Shown here: in pieces, positions 21,334 through 29,369 of the stretch
Layout of the letters: every line of letters begins with the position of its first letter
Numbering within the stretch: position 1 is the first letter of the stretch
Translations under genes and position numbers: made by a program
Assembly (NCBI GenBank): GCA_022711665.1
Contig: JAKLEN010000005.1
Span: 130,619 to 194,618 of the forward strand
Source of the DNA: Acidobacteriota bacterium
GTDB taxonomy: Bacteria > Acidobacteriota > Aminicenantia > Aminicenantales > Saccharicenantaceae
DNA length: 64,000 nucleotides
Direction of reading: 5' to 3'
Notes under the pieces: generated by a model
Databases searched by the model: none
What the model saw: only the letters and a program-made list of their open reading frames with translations
What the model was told of the DNA's origin: nothing

Positions 21334-22348
21334 GGAACTAATTCAGATATGGAACCTTGTTATGGAAGACAAGGGGGATCTACCAGGCTATTATTACCGC
21401 AGGATGCAGAAAGAGCTTCCTTTCCCCGTTTATGCTGGGATTATTAATCCAGGACGTTTGCGCTGTATTTCTATATTGGTGGATACAGAAGCTCTTGGCG
21501 TTGCTGCTCAGCGAGACGAAACAAATGGTTATTCCGTAAGAATTGAGTTGGCAGAAGCTGGCACACATAAGTCATTCATTCACCTCGCCTCAAGAATGGA
21601 GGCAGGGAATGATGAATTATTCGTATTCCTATGCGCTGATTTGCTTGGGTTATGCCGTTCGGATATGGAGGGCCACAAGGCTGTCGCCGCAATCTTTCAC
21701 CGACTATCTTATTGGCGTCGATTTTTTCAGCGACATGGCGGAGGATTGAGCAGAGAAGAAATCATTGGTCTTTATGGAGAACTCCGATTTCTTGAATTAT
21801 TGCTTGATTATGGAGTTCCGTCAGAATTAGCAGTCATGGCATGGAAGGGACCCCTTGGAACAAATCAGGATTTTCTCTTTGGTTCTAAAGCAGTGGAAGT
21901 GAAGTGCACGACTGCCAATGAAGCAGATATTGTAAAAATTACTAGTGAGAGGCAGCTGGATTCTACTGGGCTAACAACACTATTCCTTTTTCATCAAGCC
22001 TTTGACTTCCGGGAGAATTCTGGGAGAACATTAAAAAAGCTTATCGGTGATATTAAGAAGCGTCTAGAAGACACATCGCCGCACGCAATAATCCTATTCG
22101 AGGAATTACTTATTTCGGCCGGATATTCGGGCGAGTATAAACCTGTTTTCGACAACTATGGGTTCACGGAAAGGAAGCAATCGGCGTTCGAAGTCCAGCC
22201 AAGTTTCCCACGTATCGATGAGACAGCACTACCTGGTGGAGTTTCCCGTGTATCCTACCAATTAGATTTGGCTGTCTGCCATAAGTATAGGATTCATATT
22301 GAAGCGATCTTTCGTGCTTTAATGACTGGAGAGCAGAGTGGACAATGA
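21317..22348 (+). CDS. PD-(D/E)XK-superfamily nuclease (predicted)
   Basis: D...EVK core (QDFLFGSKAVEVKCT). Start ATGATG overlaps the Z1 stop by ~17 nt (track ORF begins at 21293). Translational coupling is suggested. Confidence 0.6.
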   Translation: MMKASEELIQIWNLVMEDKGDLPGYYYRRMQKELPFPVYAGIINPGRLRCISILVDTEALGVAAQRDETNGYSVRIELAEAGTHKSFIHLASRMEAGNDELFVFLCADLLGLCRSDMEGHKAVAAIFHRLSYWRRFFQRHGGGLSREEIIGLYGELRFLELLLDYGVPSELAVMAWKGPLGTNQDFLFGSKAVEVKCTTANEADIVKITSERQLDSTGLTTLFLFHQAFDFRENSGRTLKKLIGDIKKRLEDTSPHAIILFEELLISAGYSGEYKPVFDNYGFTERKQSAFEVQPSFPRIDETALPGGVSRVSYQLDLAVCHKYRIHIEAIFRALMTGEQSGQ

Positions 22349-24419
22349 ACGGGTAATAGTTCAGTTCCATCAGCAAATCGAGAGTGAAATCACAGAATCC
22401 ACACGGCAGGAGGGCGGCTTTGGCTCGGGTGAGTTCCGTGAGAACGTGCTGACGAGTATTTATGCGGAAGAGCTCTCGGCTGCGGGCGTGCTTGAATCGC
22501 CGGAAGTATGTCATTTGGAGGGCGGTAAAGGCAATGCATCTATTAAGGTGAATGGGTATGGGGTTCCGGAAGAGGATTCGCGGATAGACCTATTTATTAC
22601 GCTTCATTATGGCCCTTCGGATGAGATTGTCACTATAAATGCAGCGGAAGTCGAAACGGCGTTTAAAAAATTAGAACGTTTCTTTGGAAAGAGCCTAGAC
22701 GGCCTGTATAAAGAGCTGGATCCGGCTGGCGATCAATACTTGATGGCGGAGCATATCCAAGGGCTAAAGGCCAAAATGGACCGAGTCTGTTTCTATTTAT
22801 TTACTAATGCCAGACTGGCACAGAGAAAGGAAAAAGAACATAAGTCCGATATCTTTGGGCTTGAAGCTGTTTATGAAGTATGGGACCTGGAGAGATTTCG
22901 CCGCCTGAGAGAAAGTGGAACCAGCTATGAGGCATTGGTGGTCAACCTCGAAGATCAGAAGCTGGGAGGTCTTCCGTGCGTTCTCTTAGGAACAAATGGA
23001 GGCAATTCCCAAACTTGCGTGACTTTGTTCCCTGGGGAACTGCTTTGTGAACTCTATGATGAGTACGGGCCACGCCTGCTTGAACTGAATGTAAGGTCAT
23101 ACCTACAGGCGCGAGGCAAAGTAAACAAAGGAATAATGGAGACCCTCCAGAAAAGTCCACAAGATTTTTTAGCTTATAATAACGGGATAACGGTCGTTGC
23201 CGAAGAGATCATATTCGGAAAACTTTCTAATGGTTCACTGGGAATATTAGAGCTTCGTGGAATGCAAATCGTAAATGGAGGCCAGACAACCGCATCGATA
23301 CATAGGGCAGCAAAGGACTTCGGGGCTGACCTTTCGTGCGTAAGTGTGCAGGGGAAAGTGACGGTCGTTGACGGGGCCCGTTTTCAAGATATAGTGCCCT
23401 TAATATCACGATTTTCAAATACCCAAAATCGCGTAACAGAAGCTGACCTGAGCGCTAACCATCCTTTCCATATCGGGATGGAAAGAGTTTCTAGGCGGGA
23501 ATGGACGCCCGACCAACGCAGTATGTGGTTCTATGAACGCGCACGCGGAAGCTATCAGACGGCGAAGATCCGTGAAGGCAACACTCCTTCGAAAAGGAAG
23601 GCTTTTGAAGATAGGTACCCCAGTAACCAGCGGTTTTCGAAAGAAGATTTGGCCAGATTCGAAAACACTTGGCTTGGTTTGCCCCATATTGTTAGTCGTG
23701 GAAGTCAAAAGAACTTTGTCCACTTCATGCATGAGCTGGGGCAATACGACGAAGGTTGGGAGCCAGATATGGATCAGTATCGGCAGTATGTTGCGAAGGG
23801 GTTACTTTTCAAAGAAGCTCAAAGGGTAATTCGGGCAGATAGGAGGATAACAGCATATCAGATTAATGTAGCGGCCTATACCGTTGCCCTTCTAGCCGAA
23901 AAAACAGCCCGCCGACTAGACCTAAAACGTATATGGCGAATGCAGAAGGTTTCTGAAGCGACGTCAGAACTGCTGGCGGCTTGGGTGCCAATAGTATTTA
24001 AACACCTTCCTGATTATGCAGCAAAGGTGGGGAAACACATTGGTGAGTCCTTCAAGGCGTCCGCATGCTGGGATAATATCCGAGGGTTGGATCTGGTTGT
24101 GCCGAAAACTATTGATAAAGAACTCGTGGATGTCCCTGCAGGGGAAGACGAATTATCCGCAGCCAGGCGGCGTGATAGCAGGAAGCTGTCTTCAAATGAC
24201 AAGAATAACATAGCACGGTGCATGGAACTTGGGCAGAAAGAATGGCTGGCGATAGCTCTTTGGGGCCAGAAAACTAACATTCTTGCGGATTGGCAAAGGG
24301 GAATTGCCCGTACTCTTTCCGGATATGCTGCCGAAAAATGGGTAAAAAGGCCAAGCTCCAAACAGGCCTATCATGGTGTTCACATGATCGAAAGTGCACG
24401 AACGGCGGGTATCTTATAA
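22338..24419 (+). CDS. AIPR-family protein (abortive infection phage resistance family)
   Basis: N-terminal region with the GEFRENVLTSIYAEELSAAGVLE..RIDLFITLHY pattern typical of AIPR proteins. GTG start overlaps the previous stop by 11 nt. Size (693 aa) fits the family. Confidence 0.7.
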   Translation: MDNERVIVQFHQQIESEITESTRQEGGFGSGEFRENVLTSIYAEELSAAGVLESPEVCHLEGGKGNASIKVNGYGVPEEDSRIDLFITLHYGPSDEIVTINAAEVETAFKKLERFFGKSLDGLYKELDPAGDQYLMAEHIQGLKAKMDRVCFYLFTNARLAQRKEKEHKSDIFGLEAVYEVWDLERFRRLRESGTSYEALVVNLEDQKLGGLPCVLLGTNGGNSQTCVTLFPGELLCELYDEYGPRLLELNVRSYLQARGKVNKGIMETLQKSPQDFLAYNNGITVVAEEIIFGKLSNGSLGILELRGMQIVNGGQTTASIHRAAKDFGADLSCVSVQGKVTVVDGARFQDIVPLISRFSNTQNRVTEADLSANHPFHIGMERVSRREWTPDQRSMWFYERARGSYQTAKIREGNTPSKRKAFEDRYPSNQRFSKEDLARFENTWLGLPHIVSRGSQKNFVHFMHELGQYDEGWEPDMDQYRQYVAKGLLFKEAQRVIRADRRITAYQINVAAYTVALLAEKTARRLDLKRIWRMQKVSEATSELLAAWVPIVFKHLPDYAAKVGKHIGESFKASACWDNIRGLDLVVPKTIDKELVDVPAGEDELSAARRRDSRKLSSNDKNNIARCMELGQKEWLAIALWGQKTNILADWQRGIARTLSGYAAEKWVKRPSSKQAYHGVHMIESARTAGIL

Positions 24420-24422
24420 GCT

Positions 24423-25979
24423 ATGACGATTACAAAGTACCCCATTCCCGTTATTGATCTATTTGCCGGTCCAGGGGGACTTAGTGAGGGATTCTCTTCC
24501 TATGAGGAAGGATCTACTTTTTGTGTACGGCTTTCAATTGAAAAGGACAGATTCGCTCATCGGACTCTTGAGTTGCGGGCATTCTTTCGTAGTTTCGACG
24601 AAGATCCTCCCTCTGAATATTATAATTACCTTAAACATCAAATTAGTCGCGAAGAGCTATTCAAGATGTTTCCGACGCAAGCCAATAAGGCCAGGAACCA
24701 AGCTTGGCAGGCTGAACTAGGGAACAGGAAATATCCCAAAGCTCAGGTAGATAAGAAGATCAGGACTGCTCTGGGAAGACATGGTGACCGCTGGGTTCTT
24801 ATCGGAGGTCCTCCCTGCCAAGCTTATTCACTCATCGGCCGCTCTCGGATAAAGGGAAAGAGTATTAAGGATTATGAATCCGATAATCGCCATTTTTTAT
24901 ATCGCCAATATTTGAAGATATTGGCTGAACATAAGCCTCCTGTATTTGTAATGGAAAACGTAAAGGGATTATTATCCACGGAAATTAACGACCAGAGGAT
25001 TGTCGAACATATCCTCCGCGATTTACGGAACCCTAGTCAAGCAGTACGGAATAGTTCAAAGCATAATGGTGCCGAATATGTACTTCATTGTTTAGCGCCG
25101 ACAAAGAAGCAATACACAGAACTGACTCCTGAGGACTTTATCGTAAAGTCTGAGGCATATGGAATACCGCAAACGCGTCACAGGATCATTTTACTGGGAA
25201 TCCGAGCCGACGTACGCGTAAAACCAAAACACTTGATACCACAAGAAAGCACATTGTCGGTCGAACAAGCGATTGGAGATGTTCCGCCCGTAAGGAGCGG
25301 CATATCAAGAATGATTGATTCTTATGAACGATGGCTAGCGGTGGTTCGTAGCATTACTCGCTCTGAATGGCTAAAGGAGGGGGCTGTTACGAAAGAGATT
25401 CGTGGCGCTATAAAAGCCGTAGCAGAAAGCCAAAATCTGGCTTTTTCTCGGGGGGGGGAGTTCGTGAAAACTGTAGCTGCCCCCCAAATAATGGCGGAAT
25501 GGTTTAGGGATACCAGACTGCGCGGCGTATGTAACCATAGCACTCGCAGACATATGGAGAGTGATTTGCATCGGTATTTATTCGCTTCAGCATATGCGCA
25601 AGTTAATGGACATTCCCCACGACTGATTGATTTTCCGAAGGGATTGTTGCCAGATCATGCCAATGTCGGAGATGCGATCCGCGACCGGAAGTTCGGGGAT
25701 CGTTTTCATGTCCAAGTATCAAACCGTCCTGCATCCACGGTCACGGCCCATATATGCAAAGACGGTCACTATTTTATTCATTATGATTCAAAACAATGTC
25801 GTAGTCTTACGGTTCGTGAAGTAGCACGTCTGCAGACATTCCCAGATAATTATTTCTTTGAAGGGCCGAGGACTGAACAATATAGACAGGTCGGAAATGC
25901 GGTACCGCCGTTATTAGCTATTCAAATTGCCGATATTGTTGCGGGGATTTTTTATCAGGCTGGCAACCAAAAGGCATAA
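24423..25979 (+). CDS. DNA (cytosine-5)-methyltransferase, Dcm-type
   Basis: Motif I DLFAGPGG, motif IV GGPPCQAYS, motif VI ENVKGL, motif X VGNAVPP. Starts 3 nt after the AIPR stop. Confidence 0.95.
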   Translation: MTITKYPIPVIDLFAGPGGLSEGFSSYEEGSTFCVRLSIEKDRFAHRTLELRAFFRSFDEDPPSEYYNYLKHQISREELFKMFPTQANKARNQAWQAELGNRKYPKAQVDKKIRTALGRHGDRWVLIGGPPCQAYSLIGRSRIKGKSIKDYESDNRHFLYRQYLKILAEHKPPVFVMENVKGLLSTEINDQRIVEHILRDLRNPSQAVRNSSKHNGAEYVLHCLAPTKKQYTELTPEDFIVKSEAYGIPQTRHRIILLGIRADVRVKPKHLIPQESTLSVEQAIGDVPPVRSGISRMIDSYERWLAVVRSITRSEWLKEGAVTKEIRGAIKAVAESQNLAFSRGGEFVKTVAAPQIMAEWFRDTRLRGVCNHSTRRHMESDLHRYLFASAYAQVNGHSPRLIDFPKGLLPDHANVGDAIRDRKFGDRFHVQVSNRPASTVTAHICKDGHYFIHYDSKQCRSLTVREVARLQTFPDNYFFEGPRTEQYRQVGNAVPPLLAIQIADIVAGIFYQAGNQKA

Positions 25980-26066
25980 TGACTCATACATTTCCCAAGA
26001 CCGCTTTTGCCCATCTTAGCAATTCATGTGCATAACCTCCAATATGGGGAGCACGATATCTTAGAA

Positions 26067-26513
26067 TTAGCCGGGACACCTATCGGCTTCCTTTTTAATA
26101 TTAGGTTTTCGCCGGACTAACTGAAGAAGCCGTATTTTCCATTCGGGATTTTCCACCTCGCATTCCCATATTGTGAAATAAGTCCATCCCAATACTTGTA
26201 CCTTCTGGGCAATCTCAATATCCCGCCTTTGATTCTCAACGAATTTCTTTTTCCAAAAATCAGTTCTTGACTTTGGCATGTATGCATACTTACATGATTT
26301 ATGCCGATGCCAGTAACATCCATGAACGAATATTGCAATCTTGTATTTTGGAAGTAAGATATCGGGGGATCCCGGCAAGATACCGGGAGTCAAAGAAAAA
26401 CGAAATCCCATGTGATGTAGCTGCGAACGAGTTCGGATTTCGGGCATAGTATTTCGTGACCTAATCCTTGACATATTCCAACTGCGCTTTGCCGGGGGAA
26501 TTCGGTCAGTCAT
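26067..26513 (-). CDS. vsr: Very-short-patch-repair endonuclease
   Basis: FVHGCYWHRH and TxPExRxxL motifs. 148 aa. Convergent with the methyltransferase gene. Confidence 0.95.
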   Translation of the reverse strand: MTDRIPPAKRSWNMSRIRSRNTMPEIRTRSQLHHMGFRFSLTPGILPGSPDILLPKYKIAIFVHGCYWHRHKSCKYAYMPKSRTDFWKKKFVENQRRDIEIAQKVQVLGWTYFTIWECEVENPEWKIRLLQLVRRKPNIKKEADRCPG

Positions 26514-26965
26514 TCATAAGCCACCCGTTTTTTAGATTAACAGGATAGCTTATATAGAACAAGAAGCTATGAGACAATGAAATTCCGTCCGTGATGGAGA
26601 TAAAAAGCCTCCGCATGGAACATTGGCCAACTTCCAGACCAACGGTGAATTCCCCATGACGACTGCCAATTGTTCAGGGTCTGGGCATATATGAATAATT
26701 TTATTCGTAAGCGCGAAAACATACTGCTTTGCGGTGTCGTTCCCTTATGGGAACGGGCGTATAGGGGGGCTGCCTGAGGGAATGGGCCTCGTGGGCTTGG
26801 CCCTAGCCGTAAGGCGGGACGAAAGATCATGACGAAATGAGCGCTACGGAGAGCTACGGCATTTAACCCAGGGGCGGGTCCTCCCGCGACTGGCCGGAGT
26901 CCGAGCAGGAGGTCTATTGGCGCCTGGATGGGTCGCTGCCGGAGGACTGGACTGTCTGGCACTCG

Positions 26966-27409
26966 ATGAGGGTCCGGACGACCGGCGCGGAGTTCGCCGA
27001 ATCGGACTTCATCATCACCGACCCCGCCCGTGGCGTCCTCGGCCTTGAGGTCAAGGGCGGCCTCCTCGACAAGAAGGACGGCGCCTGGCGGCAGAACGGC
27101 CAGGCCATGAGATCCTTGCCGCTCGACCAGGCGCACCGCTTCATCATGTTACTCCTGGCCAAGTTCAGGGAAAAGGATCGTATCTCGCCGCCGATCGGCG
27201 TGGCCGCCGCCTTCCCGGACACAGATTTTGAAATCCCGGCCTCCCAGGGCGACCTTGTCGCTGATGTCGCGCCCGGGACCGGCCGGTATGCGGTGCGGAT
27301 GAACATCACCGTCAGCCGGGCTTGCGGCGCCCTACGGATCGTCATTTCCCGCAGCGAGCTCGATAAGGACCCGATCCTGAAGCGCCTCGCCGAGGACGGA
27401 AGGAGATAG
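26966..27409 (+). CDS. NERD-domain protein (PD-(D/E)XK-like nuclease-related domain)
   Basis: DFIITDP...GVLGLEVKGG core. Intermediate GC. The upstream frame is closed by TAA at ~26864, so 26966 is the only ATG start. Confidence 0.5.
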   Translation: MRVRTTGAEFAESDFIITDPARGVLGLEVKGGLLDKKDGAWRQNGQAMRSLPLDQAHRFIMLLLAKFREKDRISPPIGVAAAFPDTDFEIPASQGDLVADVAPGTGRYAVRMNITVSRACGALRIVISRSELDKDPILKRLAEDGRR

Positions 27410-28357
27410 GTGCCGATGGCATTTGATCGTGTTCATGACGCCCGCATCAGGGCCGCGGCCTTCGAGTGGCTGACGGATCAGGTTCTGCGGCATGGAGACG
27501 TGCTGCCCCGCAGCCTCCTGGTCCAGGGATTCTATTTCGGGGACTCGAGGGTTCCGCTGGTCGGCCCGCAGGGGATCTTCAAGCCTCGCATCCTCGAGCT
27601 GCCGCTGTCGATTACGACGGCGCCGGAAGGCCCCTATAACGATGCCTTCGGCCCGGATAAATTGCTGCGCTACCGTTACCGGGGGACCGACCCGGACCAT
27701 AGAGACAATCGGGGGCTGCGGGAGGCCATGGCGAACCGGTTGCCGCTGGCTTATTTCCATGGGATCGCGCCCGGACGATATATGGCGGCTTGGCCTGTCT
27801 TCATAGTCGGCGACCATCCTGATCCATTCTCGCCGTCGTTCTCGGTAGCTGTCGATGACAAGGGGCATTTGGGTGTCGTCGCCGAGGACCGAAATGAGCG
27901 TGGCGCCGTGGGCGAGGAAGGCGATACCGCCCGGCGGCAATACATAACGTCCACCGTTCGGGTCCGGCTCCACCAAAGAGCCTTCAGGGAGCGCGTGCTC
28001 GAGGCCTATCGCCGGCAATGCGCGTTCTGCCGGCTCAGGCATGAGGAGCTGCTCGACGCCGCCCACATCATTCCGGACGCGAGCCCGGAAGGCGAGCCCG
28101 TGGTCCAGAACGGGCTGGCGCTGTGCAATCTCCATCATGCGGCGTTCGACAAGTTCTTTATCGGGGTGCGGCCTGACTACGTCATCGAGATCCGCCCGGA
28201 TATCCTGAGAGAGGGGGACGGTCCAACGTTGAGGCACGCGATCCAGGGGCTGAACGGGACGAGCATCCTGGTGCCCGAGCGGCTGAGTCTAAGGCCGGAT
28301 CAAGCGCTCCTTTCGAAGCGTTATGAGCGGTATCGCGAGGCCGCCCGGGAATACTAG
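27410..28357 (+). CDS. HNH endonuclease, COG3440/HNH_2-like (candidate modification-dependent type IV restriction enzyme) with uncharacterised N-terminal domain
   Basis: C-terminal CAFCRL...LDAAHIIP...NGLALCNLHHAAFD HNH signature. ~200-aa N-terminal domain (GIFKP...YRYRGTDPDHRDNRGL). The likely ATG is at 27416, preceded by GGAAGGAGA. Confidence 0.75.
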   Translation: MPMAFDRVHDARIRAAAFEWLTDQVLRHGDVLPRSLLVQGFYFGDSRVPLVGPQGIFKPRILELPLSITTAPEGPYNDAFGPDKLLRYRYRGTDPDHRDNRGLREAMANRLPLAYFHGIAPGRYMAAWPVFIVGDHPDPFSPSFSVAVDDKGHLGVVAEDRNERGAVGEEGDTARRQYITSTVRVRLHQRAFRERVLEAYRRQCAFCRLRHEELLDAAHIIPDASPEGEPVVQNGLALCNLHHAAFDKFFIGVRPDYVIEIRPDILREGDGPTLRHAIQGLNGTSILVPERLSLRPDQALLSKRYERYREAAREY

Positions 28358-28442
28358 GTGCCGGAATGCGCATGGTTCACGCGCGCTCCCGGGTGGATGA
28401 CAGGATTGAGCCGGGGGCCCTTGCGAGCATAAGCAGATATCG

Positions 28443-28943
28443 CTAGGCCCGAAGCAGGGCCGAGTAGATGGCGTGGTCGGCGGCCGAGAAGCAGCAGAAT
28501 GTCACTTCGATCCCGCAAGCCGGGTGCCCGTCGAGGAATTCCCGTACGGCCTTGACCGCGACCGCGGCCGCGAGCTCTATGGGATAGCCGTAGACGCCGG
28601 TGCTGATCGAGGGGAAGGCGATCGACCGTACGCCGTTCTCAAGAGCAACTTCGAGCGACTTGAGATAGCAGCCGCGGAGGAGTGCAGGCTCGTTCGCGCG
28701 GCCGCCCCGCCAGACGGGCCCGACCGTGTGGATGACGAACCTGGCCGGGAGCCTGTAGCCCTTCGTGATCTTGGCCTCGCCGGTCGCGCATCCTCCGAGG
28801 GTGCGGCATTCGGCGAGTAGCTCGCGTCCCGCGGCGCGGTGGATGGCCCCGTCGACGCCGCCTCCGCCGAGGAGCGAGGCATTCGCGGCGTTGACGATCG
28901 CGTCGACCTCGAGGGTCGTGATGTCGGCGACGACGGCTTTCAT
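28443..28943 (-). CDS. Macro-domain protein (YmdB-like O-acetyl-ADP-ribose deacetylase / ADP-ribose hydrolase)
   Basis: [23 protein letters not shown] and [15 protein letters not shown] motifs. 166 aa. Confidence 0.85.
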   Translation of the reverse strand: MKAVVADITTLEVDAIVNAANASLLGGGGVDGAIHRAAGRELLAECRTLGGCATGEAKITKGYRLPARFVIHTVGPVWRGGRANEPALLRGCYLKSLEVALENGVRSIAFPSISTGVYGYPIELAAAVAVKAVREFLDGHPACGIEVTFCCFSAADHAIYSALLRA

Positions 28944-29089
28944 TTATGCCTCTCTTCGGGGCCTTCCTTACTCTAGGGGCGGAACGCGGGGCTGTCAAAT
29001 CGTTCTGCAGCCGGGCCGTCCCAGGCGACGCGTTGAGACGATCGAATCCGAGACGGGCGCGGGCCGCGAAAAGGCCGGGGAAATCGCCT

Positions 29090-29118
29090 TTGACAGCAAG
29101 ACGCTATAACGCTATGAT
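29090..29118 (+). promoter_or_regulatory. Sigma70-type promoter of the TA operon (TTGACA-17-TATGAT) with ACGCTAT direct repeats overlapping the spacer/-10
   Basis: Hexamers and the repeated ACGCTAT(A/G) read from the sequence. GGGAGGG RBS before the ATG at 29136. Confidence 0.5.
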
Positions 29119-29135
29119 GTTTAAGGGAGGGCAGA

Positions 29136-29369
29136 ATGACTGGTTCAAACAAGCGCGTGACGATCTATCTCAAGCCGGAGTTCCATAGGGCGCTGAAGGT
29201 CAAGGCCGCGGAAACCGAGTATTCCATCTCCGACCTGGTCAATTCGGCCGTCAAGCGGGCGCTCCTCGAGGACGCCGTCGATCTCGAGGCCTTCGAAAAG
29301 CGGGCTGGAGAGCCGCTGCTTGCCTTCGAGGACGTCGTCAGGGACCTCAAGCGCCATGGAAAGCTATAG
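29136..29369 (+). CDS. Type II antitoxin (RHH/CopG-like fold predicted)
   Basis: 77-aa acidic protein immediately upstream of, and overlapping, a ParE/RelE toxin gene. The N-terminal KRVTIYLKPEFHRALKVKAAE pattern fits a ribbon-helix-helix antitoxin. Confidence 0.55.
   Translation: MTGSNKRVTIYLKPEFHRALKVKAAETEYSISDLVNSAVKRALLEDAVDLEAFEKRAGEPLLAFEDVVRDLKRHGKL

Noticed and set aside
16840-26560. Integrase, transposase, tRNA or att repeats bounding the low-GC island
   Set aside because: Searched both edges and the interior. No recombinase gene, no tRNA-like sequence, and no convincing direct repeats were found (only a shared ATGAAATT 8-mer).
26567-27136. 189-aa minus-strand ORF and the idea that the NERD gene is a frameshifted pseudogene
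   Set aside because: The minus ORF is antisense to the NERD gene with a low-complexity translation. The NERD frame is closed by TAA ~100 nt upstream. The ORF contains the complete D...EVK core from its only ATG, so an intact short NERD protein is simpler than a pseudogene.
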